The notes under the pieces were generated by a model. It was not told the origin of the DNA and did no database searches. It saw only the letters and a list, made by a program, of their open reading frames with translations. DNA of 64,000 nt, taken from assembly GCA_964291215.2 (NCBI GenBank), contig OZ219790.1, forward strand, positions 1,376,001-1,440,000, read 5' to 3'. Of the stretch, positions 10,941 through 20,589 are shown piece by piece (the first letter of the stretch is position 1; each line of letters begins with the position of its first letter). A program made the position numbers and the translations under genes. Source of the stretch: Alphaproteobacteria bacterium. Lineage in GTDB: Bacteria; Pseudomonadota; Alphaproteobacteria; MPNO01; UBA830.

Positions 10941-12191
10941 TCAATGAGAAACCGCGGCCGCGCCGTGCTCGTCGATCAGCCGACCGCTGTCGAACCGCTT
11001 CAGGGCGAAAGCAGCATTCAGATCGTGGGGCCGGTCCCGGGCGATGGTGTGGGCGAACACCCAGCCCGACCCCGGAGTCGCCTTGAACCCGCCGGTGCCC
11101 CAGCCGCAATTGATGTAGAGGCCCTCGACCGGGGTCTTGCCGACGATGGGACTGGCGTCCGGGCAGATGTCGACGATGCCGCCCCACTGGCGCAGCATGC
11201 GCAGCCGCGAAAAGACCGGAAACAGTTCGACCAGCGCTCCCATCTGGGCCTCGACGATCTGGAAGCTGCCGCGCTGGGAATAGGAGTTGTAGCCGTCGAT
11301 CCCGGCGCCGATGACCAGTTCGCCCTTGTCCGACTGGCTGACATAGACATGCACCGCGTTCGACATCACGACGCTGTGCAGGATAGGCTTGACCGGCTCG
11401 GACACCAGCGCCTGCAGCGCATGGCTTTCTATCGGCAACCGGAGCCCGGCCATCGCGGCAAGCACGCTCGAGTGCCCGGCCGCCACCAGGCCGATCTTTC
11501 GGGCAGCGATGTATCCGCGGGTCGTGTCGAGGCCGCGCACGCGGCCGCCGGCGACGGTGATTCCGACCACCTCGCAGTTCTGGATGATGTCGACGCCGCG
11601 GGCATCTGCCGCCCGCGCGAATCCCCATGCGACGGCGTCGTGCCGGGCGACCCCGCCGCGTTTCTGAATGGAGGCGCCGAGAATCGGGTAGCGGACATCC
11701 TGCGCGGTGTTGATGATCGGTACCGCGGCCTTGACGCCGTCTGGATCGAGCATTTCGGAATCGATGCCGTTCAGCCGGATCGCCCGGACGCGGCGGGACA
11801 TCTCTCTCAGGTCATGCTCGTTGTGCGCCAGGTTGAGTACGCCCCGCTGGCTGAGCATGATGTTGAAGTTCAACTCCCGGCTGAGGCCCTCGTACAGCCT
11901 CAGCGATTTCTCGTAGAGATGCGCGCTCTCGTCCCACAGGTAGTTCGACCTGATGATGGTGGTGTTGCGTCCCGTATTGCCGCCGCCAAGCCATCCCTTC
12001 TCCAGCACGGCGACGTTGTCGAGACCGTGCTCCCTGGCAAGGTAGTAGGCTGTCGCCAGACCGTGGCCGCCGCCACCCACGATGACCACATCGTAGGACG
12101 GGCGGGGATTCGGGCTGCGCCACGCCCGCGGCCAGTTCCGATGATAGGCAAGGGCGTTACGGGCAAGGCTGAAGATCGAATAGCGGGCCAT
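10941..12191 (-). CDS. soxB: Sarcosine oxidase beta subunit
   Basis: MARYSIFSL...[14 protein letters not shown]...[16 protein letters not shown]...ARHDAVAWG...[14 protein letters not shown]. Confidence 0.96.
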   Translation of the reverse strand: MARYSIFSLARNALAYHRNWPRAWRSPNPRPSYDVVIVGGGGHGLATAYYLAREHGLDNVAVLEKGWLGGGNTGRNTTIIRSNYLWDESAHLYEKSLRLYEGLSRELNFNIMLSQRGVLNLAHNEHDLREMSRRVRAIRLNGIDSEMLDPDGVKAAVPIINTAQDVRYPILGASIQKRGGVARHDAVAWGFARAADARGVDIIQNCEVVGITVAGGRVRGLDTTRGYIAARKIGLVAAGHSSVLAAMAGLRLPIESHALQALVSEPVKPILHSVVMSNAVHVYVSQSDKGELVIGAGIDGYNSYSQRGSFQIVEAQMGALVELFPVFSRLRMLRQWGGIVDICPDASPIVGKTPVEGLYINCGWGTGGFKATPGSGWVFAHTIARDRPHDLNAAFALKRFDSGRLIDEHGAAAVSH

Positions 12192-12539
12192 GAGTCCTTC
12201 GGATAATCCACCCCTCCCCCTGATGTTCCCCGGAAGCGCACCCGGCCGGAATCCCCCGCTGCCCGGGAACAGCTGCATGTGCGGCGCACCGGACAATAGA
12301 GATACAATCCGGCTTGAGCGGATACAATCCTGCCTTCTTCACGCAGGACTATCCAACGCATCCTTGATGCAGAGAGCGAGGCTGGGCCGGCCTGCATCGG
12401 TCGGGAGTTTTCCGTTGCGTGACAGACGGTTGGGCCCGGTCTCTGGCCGCGGTTCCGCGCGCAGGGCGCGTTGTCCGTTCAAGAGCGTCGTTCCGTTCCC
12501 CCGGGACGGACGGCGCCCGAGGGAACAGATAACGGAGAC

Positions 12540-12928
12540 ACGCGCATCCATGCCCCCATCAACGAGCGGACGGTCCACCGCACCTTCAGGGAGAAGAAAC
12601 CCGGACGATACGGCCTGACCGTCATCGACAGGGACCTGCCCGCCTTCGGCTTCACCGTCGCCAGGAACGGGACCAAGACCTTCTTCGTCCGGGCCTCACG
12701 CTCCGAAGACCGTCCTCGGCACCGCCGAGGACATGACCGCCGCCGAGGCGAGGGAGAAGGCCCTTGCCGCCATCGCGGAAGCCAGGGCCGACCGCGAGAC
12801 CGGGCCGCTGTTCGCCGACTTCGTGGCCGACTTCATGCGCCGCCAGGGGCAGCGCTGGAAGCCGTCCACGAGGGCGGGCAACGCCCACCTGATCGACCGC
12901 TACCTCGTACCCTTCTTCGGCGCGATGC
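12540..12928 (+). pseudogene. Tyrosine integrase N-terminal (Arm-DNA-binding + SAM-like) fragment
   Basis: DRDLPAFGFTVARNGTKTFFVR / TVLGTAEDMTAAEAREKALAAIA...WKPST....LIDRYLVPFFG, frameshifted, no catalytic domain. Confidence 0.75.
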
Positions 12929-13121
12929 CCGCCGCCTGGAAAATCGCCCCGCGCGACACCTTCATCGGATGGACACCCGAGCAGCGTCAGAAGAACCTGC
13001 CGCGTAACTGCTCACCCCCTGGTTCCGGCATGATGTCGGGGTAGAGCAACGAACGGGTTTTCGTGGAAATTTGACACCCGATTCGTTTAGTGGTGGTCAT
13101 CGAGAACGACGGGGACCGCCA

Positions 13122-13309
13122 GTGGGCTACTTTGGATCGAAGGCGACGAGCGGGCTGTGCCAGCTGCTTCCGGGGCTCCGCATGATCTGTATGTGGAAAC
13201 GCATCTCGGAGGCGGCGCGCTGATGAAGCGCAAGGCGGAGTACCGGAAGATGCCGCCGGGCGAGCGCCAGGCGATGCTCGCAACGATCATGACCGTCGAG
13301 GCCGGGTGA
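13122..13309 (+). pseudogene. DNA adenine methyltransferase remnant (IS66 passenger, copy 1)
   Basis: GTG-GYFGSKATSGLC...PHDLYVETHLGGGALMKRKA..; stop overlaps transposase start (GTGATG). Confidence 0.6.
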
Positions 13310-14338
13310 TGGCGATGGTCAACGCGGCGTCGCTGCGCGAGGAGTTCGAAGCGACCCGGATCGCAGCGCTGCGTGCGGCCGGCAAGGTGTCGGAAGAGGC
13401 CGTGATCCGGGTCCTCCTGCTCGACATCCTCATCGTCGTCCTTCTGGAGAAGACCACGCACGAGCCGGAACTCCGGCCTGCCGCCGTCACAGACGGACAA
13501 GAGCGCGAGGCGTGCCGGGAGCAACGGCAAGGGCCCGAAGCCGAACCGGCAGATGGGCGACAACCTGCGCAAGACCATCGTCGAGGAAACGGTCGCGGCC
13601 TGCGACGCCTGCGGCGCTGACATCGACGGCCCCGTCGATCGGGAGCGCCGCGTCCTCTACGACATCGTGTTCGAGGTCGTCGAGCGCCGCGTCGAGATCA
13701 AGGAATGCCCGAAGTGCAAGGCCCGGGGCCGGTTCCCCGACAACATCCCGTGCAGTACGGCATCGGCATCCAGGCCCTCGTCATCAACCTGCTGGTCGCC
13801 CAGATGCTGTCCCTGCGCCGTCGCGCTCGTGCAGGCGATCTCCGGCATCAAGCTCTCCGAGGCCTCGGCTATGCTTTCACGATGCGTCATGGGAGGAGGC
13901 CGCCGTGGCGCACCTCCTGCAACGCCCGATGTCGACGATTTCGGATCAACAGTAAGTGGCTCCATGTCGTGGGACCCTGACGTGCAAGTTCCCGCACCGC
14001 AAGCGCGGCCGGGAGGCAAGAGATCGGCATCATCCCGTGTTACAAGGGCGTCCTGGGCCTCGTACATGGGCCAGTGTAGCCACCAGCGGCAGCCACCTGC
14101 TGCGCGAACTGACCTTTGTCGCCGAGGCTGCCGCTGGGCGCGACTGATGAAGAGCCTGCTCCCTGCCACAAGGTCAACAAGAGCGCATCCAAAACCCTGA
14201 ACGACGCCGGGCGCTACCGCACCATCAGGGCGCCAGGGAACTGCCCGACATCCCGCCGCCGCCGAAAGGAAAACGTGGACGCAAACGCGCACAACCTGCG
14301 TCTCGTGAAACACGAAAACCTGCGCTTCATAGACGACC

Positions 14339-15863
14339 ATCGCGGTAGGGAACCGGGTTACCCCCCGCACAGAACCGGACGTGCGCTGTTCGCTCCTCCC
14401 CTGACGACAAGGCGCTGGTTTGGCCACGGGCTCAGTGGGCAGCGGTGAGGGTGTCTATGTCCCCGGTGAAGTCCTTTTGGGAGCGTCGCCGAAGGGCACG
14501 CAGCTGTTTGCATTGGTGTATGAACTTCTGCAGGCTGCTTCCTGGAACGGCGTAGTAGCAGCCGTTGATAACTCACCACTTGGCCGTTTCGTGCCGGTTA
14601 TCGTGCCACCGCCTGCGCAAGGCCTCCTTGATCCGCCGCAGGGTGCCCGTTTGCGACCGACCCTGAACCTGCCTTTCCTCGTCTGTTCGCAGAAGTGCGT
14701 CATGCCGAGAAAATCGAACGTCTTGTCCACGCTTCCGGCGGTTCGCTCTGGCAAACCGACCGAACTCGATGATTTTCCGGGTGCAGTTCAAGTGGGCTAG
14801 TCTCTCCCCAAGGTCTCAGCGCCGCCCAGATGCTGAAAGCCGCACACGAAGTCGTCCGCATAATGATCGTGTCCCGCTTGCGCCAGTGGTTCTGGAACCA
14901 GTCGCACGTAGTGCAGGTTCGCAAGGCGCCGCCCCTTGCGGTGTTCCCTTGCCAGTCGGTCCCTTCCATGACGCCGGCGTCACTTGATGATCAGACCCCC
15001 CCGGAGCATCGCAACCAGATGGTCGCGGTTGTCGAAGAACCCACGGGCGTCAACGATCCAGTTGACCTTCCGCCGTTCCACCGTGACGGCGCATGATGCG
15101 CCCCGGCCGGAACCGAGGAACTCCGTTTCGCGGCACCAGAATCACACCGCCCGCTGAAGAATCTTGTCCGAGGCAAGCGGTCGTTGCCCTCCATCCTCCT
15201 TGGGTATGTAAACCCCGGAGGCGCCCGGTACGCACCCCTGTGCACACGGGCGTGCAGCAGTTCCACACCCTCCGCATACGCTTGCCACACAACGCCCCGC
15301 CGCCGCGTCCTTCCTCAAGGAATGGAACGCATCGTGCAGAGCGTCGACCGTCACGTGGTGGAGTAAAGACGCTCTTCCGGGTTCCTCTTCGCTACCTGCG
15401 TTCAGCCGCCTGTGACCCCCGCTTCTGCGCGCGGCGCGGGCCAACCGCATTGGCCTTCCCTCCAGCAACTCCGCAGGCTCCGACGAACCCTTGTTCGCCG
15501 CCTTCAACGGTACTATGGCCGAATCTGACTTCTCGTTCATCATCGGTTTACGGATTAGTTCCTTTCCTCTGCGGCCCCTCCACGACAGAGGGGCAAGACC
15601 TCCCAGGTCCCTGCTTCGGCCATGGTTCTCGGACCCCGCGGAGCCCCCGTTCGCCTCACCAACGCGGCTCGTTGCCTTCGGCCACGACCTCGGCACTCCG
15701 GTTTCAAAGCATCTCGTGGCTCAATAGCCTGGCCTGCCGCTCCCCAACGCTTCGCCTGGCGCCTCACGACGCCCGACGCATGGTTCACGGAGAAAGTGGT
15801 GGTTAGCCTCTCTTCCTGCCGGGACTTGCACCCGGCCACATTCCACCAGTTTGCCTGGCGCAC
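14339..15863 (-). mobile_element. Group II intron with eroded reverse transcriptase ORF (probably bacterial class E)
   Basis: 5' GTGCGCCAGG at 15863; 3' DV/DVI-like CGCACGTCCGGTTCTGTGCGGGGGG...CCCTACCGCGAT at 14339; RT pieces LLHHVT..LRKDAAAG, VYIPKEDGGQRPL, TATGCGGACGAC (YADD) ~14851-14862, FDFLGMTH; removal restores transposase D-D-P-D-V. Confidence 0.9.
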
Positions 15864-15898
15864 CCGATGTCAGCTTCACCAACAATGCCGGAGAACAG

Positions 15899-17504
15899 GT
15901 ATCTACTCACCCCTTGTTGGGTTCTGATTCATAGTGCTCGTTGATGATGTCTGCGGCTTTTCCGTCGAGGGCGATCTGGGTGGCGACGAGTGGGTTGTAG
16001 CCGAGTGCGGCCATGGAGGTGAGGTAGCTTGAGCTCCGGCACCATGCTTTTGCGTGGAGCGGAAGCATCCGGACACCTTGAGCTTGACCTTTGCCATCCT
16101 GATCTTCTGTTCTCCGGCATTGTTGGTGAAGCTGACGTTGGGGTCGTCTGTGAAGCGCAGGACTGACTTTTCGTGTTTCACAAGACGTTCGTGCAGGTTG
16201 TGCGCGTCGGACTTGCGTCCACGTTTTCCTTTCGTCGGGATGTCGGGCAGTTCCCTGGCGCCCTGATGGTGCGGTAGCGCTTGCGCACGGCCCGGCGTCG
16301 TTCAGGGTCTTGGATGCGCTCTTGTTGACCTTGTGGCAGACCTCGCGGAGCAGGCTCTTCATCAGCCGCGCCCAGCGGTAGCCTCGACGACAAAGGTCAG
16401 TTCGCGCAGCAGGTGGCTACCGCACAGCTGGTGGCTACACTGGCCCATGTACGAGGCCCAGCAGTCAGGACGCCCTTGTAGCACGGGATGATGCCGATCT
16501 CTTGCCTCCCGGCCGCGCTTGCGGTGCGGGAACTTGCACGTCAGGGTCCCACGACATGAAGCCACTTACTGTTGATCCGAAATCCGGTCTCGTCGACATC
16601 GGGCGTTGCAGGAGGTGCGCCACGGCGGCCTCCTCCCATGACACGAGCGCATCGTGAAAGCATAGCTGAGGCCTCGGAGAGCTTGATGCCGGAGATCGCC
16701 TGCACGAACGCGACGGCACGGCGCAGGGACAGCATTTGGGCAACCAGCAGGTTGATGACGAGGGCCTGAATGCCGATGCCGTACTGCACGGGATGTTGTC
16801 GGGGAACCGGCCCTTGGTCCGGGCCTTGCACTTCGGGCATTCCTTGATCTCGGCGCGGCGCTCGACGACCTCGAACACGATGTCGTAGAGGACGCGGCGC
16901 TCCCGATCGACGGGGTCGACGCCGTCGATGTCGGCGCCGCAGGCGTCGCAGGCCGCGACCGTTTCCTCGACGATGGTCTTGCGCAGGTTGTCGCCCATCT
17001 GCCGGTTCGGCTTCGGGCCCTTGCCGTTGCTTCCGGCACGCTCTCGTCCTTGTCCGTCTGTGACGGCGGCAGACCGGAGTTCCGGCTCGTTTTGCGCGTG
17101 GTCTTCTCCAGAAGGACGACGATGATGATGTCGAGCAGGATGACGAGGACGCGGATGACGGCCTCTTCCGCCACCTTGCCGGCCGCACGCAGCGCCGCGA
17201 TCCGGGTCTTGGCCGCTTCGAACTCCTCGCGCGCCGCGTTGACCGTCGCCATCACCCGGCCTTGCGCTTCATCAGCGCGCCGCCTCCGAGATGCGTTTCC
17301 ACATACAGATCATGCGGAGGCTGGAGCCCCGGAAGCAGCTGGCACAGCCCGCTCGTCGCCTTCGATCCAAAGTAGCCCACTGGCGGTCCCCGTCGTTCTC
17401 GATGACCACCACTAAGCGAATCGGCATGCAGTGTCAAATCTCCACGAAAACCCGTTCGCTGCTCTGCCCCGACATCAAGCGGGAATCAGGGGGTGAGCAG
17501 TTAC
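15899..17504 (-). mobile_element. IS66-family element copy 2, inverted and nested in copy 1 transposase
   Basis: Same termini as copy 1; 8-bp TSD GAGAACAG at 15891-15898 and 17505-17512; frameshifted transposase homologous to copy 1. Confidence 0.9.
17252..17380 (-). pseudogene. DNA adenine methyltransferase remnant (IS66 passenger, copy 2)
   Basis: VGYFGSKATSGLCQLLPGLQPPHDLYVETHLGGGALMKRKAG*. Confidence 0.6.
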
Positions 17505-18079
17505 GAGAACAGAAAATCAGGATGGCAAAGGTCAAGGTGTCCGGATGCTTCCGCTCCACGCAAAAGCATGGTGCCAAGCTACCTCACCTCCATGGCCGCA
17601 CTCGGCTACAATCATCACGTCGCAACCCAGATCGCCCTCGACGGAAAAGCCGCAGACATCATCAACGAGCACTACGGCCAATCAGAACCCAACTAGGGGT
17701 GAGTAGATACCCTGCCGCTGGTGGTCGATAACCCGGGATTCCTCATCATGCCCTGGCTTTCCGTCGCGAACCCTGGGTCCCGCATCCTCGCCATCATGCG
17801 ACGCCGACTGCCCGATGACTGGACCAGACGTTACAACATCACCCCGGTCCTCATCGAGACCTTCGTCCAGACACCGCGCTACACCGAAGCCGTCTACAAG
17901 GCCTCAGGATGGATCCGTGTCGGAACCAAGAAAGGACGAGGCCGCTACGCACAAGAAATTCGACAAGCCAAAAAAAGACATCTGGCTGAGGCCTCTGCGC
18001 AAGTACTGGAAATGCATCCTCAACCGGTGAAAATCGCCCGCAATCACCTCGTGACCGAACGCTTACGTGCAGCGGGTGC

Positions 18080-20555
18080 GTAAGCGTTCGTTCGTGCGGT
18101 GATGACGATCTGCGCTGAGGTTTGTTTTGGTGATTCGGAGAAGGGGGCTGGTAAATTTTTTTTGACGGTGCCATCAGGTCGTGCATGGTCATGTGCATCG
18201 AGGATTTCGTGTCATCATCGGGGGCGGACGCCGCTGGCGATGTGCCGCAGTCGTCATATCGTGATTCGGCCACCTGGAAGTCCCTGTACGATCGCGAGCG
18301 TATTCGAGCCAAGGCTGCGGAAGCCCGCACGGCGGTTGCGGATGCCCGCACGAAGGCTGCGGAGGGTCGCTGTGAGGAGCTGCGCTTGCAGGAGGTGGAG
18401 GGGCGCAGCCGCGCGAATTCCCTGAAGGCGATTTTCGAGAGCAATCGCGAGAAGCTGGCAGCTGCCCGTGCGGAGGTCAGGGAAGTTCGGCGGACGGCGA
18501 AGCAGTTTCTTGCGCTGAAGCAGGAGGTTGCACGTCCGGGCAGGCTTCTTGCCGAGGCCGGCGCGCGGAAGCGGTCGACGGTGGTGTCGCTGCGCATGGA
18601 GAATGCCGGCCTGAAGACCGCGATGAGGGTTCTGAAGGGTCGGGGCGCTCGAGGCGGAGAACGACAAGCTTCACAGGTCGTCGATGTACGGGCGCAAGAG
18701 CGAGAAGAGGCAGCGGGCGCCATCGAAGTGCGGCCAGCAGTGCGGCACTCTTGGCCGCGGCCGGCGCTCGAGGAGGTGGAGGAGCGGCTGGAAGTGGCGG
18801 AGGACGCGCGCTCGTGCTGCGGCACGCTGCCAACGGTTTGCACCAGGATCATCGAGATCAGGGCGCACAAGCGGCGGATTGTCCGCCCGCGCCGGGGCTG
18901 TGACTGCCCCGGTTCACCGAGCGAGGTGGCGGCGCGGCTGTTTCCCGGCACCGCATTCGGGTGTGGACGCATGTGCTGCACGAGCGCGTGCATGCGGCCC
19001 TTGCGCCGCGCCGCCCGACCAGGGGCTTTCGCCGGGAACGCCGGCCAGCTCCACGAGCCGGATGCTGCCCCTGTTCGAGCCGCTTCGGGACGCGATCCTC
19101 GCGCACCGGAACGAGGCGAGTCTGCGCCATGCCGATGCATCCGGGCCCTGAGGGAGGTCCGGAAGTCGCGCCGCGCCTGCTCTGGACGTCGGTCAGCCGT
19201 GACGCGGTCCTCTTCCACCCCTCGCGCAGCACCGAGGTCGCGGCGAAGCTGTTCGCGGACGCCGTCGGCCCCATGTATCCGGTCTGCGACCGCTACGGCG
19301 CCTGCAAGAAGCTGGCGCGCCTGTGGCCCTTCATCATCCTGTGCTGTTGCCGGGCGCATTGTCGGCGCGACTTTCCGGACTGCGCCGGCCGCAGCTGGAG
19401 GGGTGGGCGGACGAATGGATCGATCGCGGAGATCTGCCGCCTGAACACGGCTCGACTGCCTTGCTTCCGGCGGCCGGTCGGCGGCGGCGTTCGAGGCCGC
19501 GCAGGCGGCGCCGGAGACTGCGGTCGCCGCGCTGTTTGCGGCAGCGCCAGCTGGAGAGGCTTCCGAAAGCGGCGCCGGAAGGCAGGCCGCTGCGCTCAAC
19601 CATCGCGCAGGCGTGTTCGTCGACCATGGACAACAATTTCGGGGAAAGGGCTGTCAGGGGCCCGGCCAACGGGCGGAAGCCCGGCTTCGGTTCCGACAGC
19701 ATGGACGGCGTGCGGCTGTCATGTACACGGTCCTGTTCACGGTCGCGAGGAGCGGCCTCGACGTTCTGCGCTGGCTTGATGCCTGCGCGGAGAACGGCGG
19801 CCCGGCGATCTGTCGCCCTGGTTGCCGTGGCCCGGAGAGGCGGCGGAGATTCGCGGCGCCGCCGTGAGCGGCGAGGTCGAGTGCCGCTGCCACGGGCGCG
19901 ACTTCATGATCGCGCAGATGCGGCTGCTGCGCGAACTGACGATCACGGAGTGGACCCCATCGCCCGCGCCTTCTGCCGCCGCCGGCCCCGAAGCTGATCA
20001 CGTCGGACACCGAGCCGCCGCCCCGAAGACCCTCAACGAGCTCCGCCCGCTGACACTACCTCGAATACACGCGCCTGGTCGACCCGCAGATGCGCTACGC
20101 GGTCCATGACCGGAACGGCGAGCCGCTGCTCGGCTTCTCGACCGCCGCATGGAGCGCGCACTGCAACACCACGCCCGTGCTTTGCGAGATCTTGGTCGAG
20201 GTCCCGCACCGCGGCGTCTGCCGGCCGCGTCGGAACAACCAGGGGCGCGGCCGCTACGACCGACATGACAGGGTCGACAAGTCGAAGAAGGACATCTGGC
20301 CCGCTCCGCAAGGACTGGAAGCGGACCCTCAATCGCTGAACCCTGCAACCGGCACAGGATGGTGCTCAGCTCCTCCTCCGCAGCGCCGGGACAAAACCGC
20401 AACCAATGCGGAAAACACGGCATGGCGCCAGTGCCTGCCAACCTCACCGCGCATCCCGGTGCACGAAACCGCTCCGGATGACGCTGGAACTCCCTGACAA
20501 AGGCCCGTCAAACGGACGAAAACAACAACACCTCACCCCACGAACGAACGCTTAC
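18080..20555 (+). mobile_element. Second-type IS66-family element (degenerate transposase plus DUF4338 remnant)
   Basis: TIR pair GTAAGCGTTCGTTCGTGCGGTGA / TCACCCCACGAACGAACGCTTAC; pieces RHADAS, VCDRYGACKKLA, CRAHCRRDF, MDNNFGERAVRGP..GRK; DUF4338 remnant ~19866-20339; no TSD seen. Confidence 0.8.
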
Positions 20556-20589
20556 CTTCGGTCAAACCATGCGTGGCTTGTCGGGGTCC

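Larger units (their letters stand above)
13004..17710 (+). mobile_element. IS66-family element copy 1 (degenerate; hosts a group II intron and copy 2)
   Basis: Ends GTAACTGCTCACCCC / GGGGTGAGTAGATAC; 8-bp TSD CCTGCCGC at 12996-13003 and 17711-17718; transposase fragments (ACDACGAD, CPKC, HLLRELT, FTNNAGEQKIRMAKVK..SGCFRS). Confidence 0.9.
12929..18030 (+). pseudogene. DUF4338 (DruA-like) gene split by IS66 insertion (pieces 12929-13003 and 17711-18030)
   Basis: AAWKIAPRDTFIGWTPEQRQKNLP | LVVDNPGFLIMPW...PDDWTRRYNITPVLIETFV...YKASGWIRVG.. joins across the CCTGCCGC duplication; followed by IS66 right end ..CCGAACGCTTAC at 18066. Confidence 0.8.

Noticed and set aside
14339-15863. RT as retron, DGR or CRISPR-associated RT linked to the defence operon
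   Set aside because: Canonical group II intron ends and an eroded ORF; no array, template repeat or msr/msd seen
13004-17504. Large inverted repeat as an invertible switch or composite transposon
   Set aside because: Explained by one IS66 copy nested inverted in another, each with its own TSD
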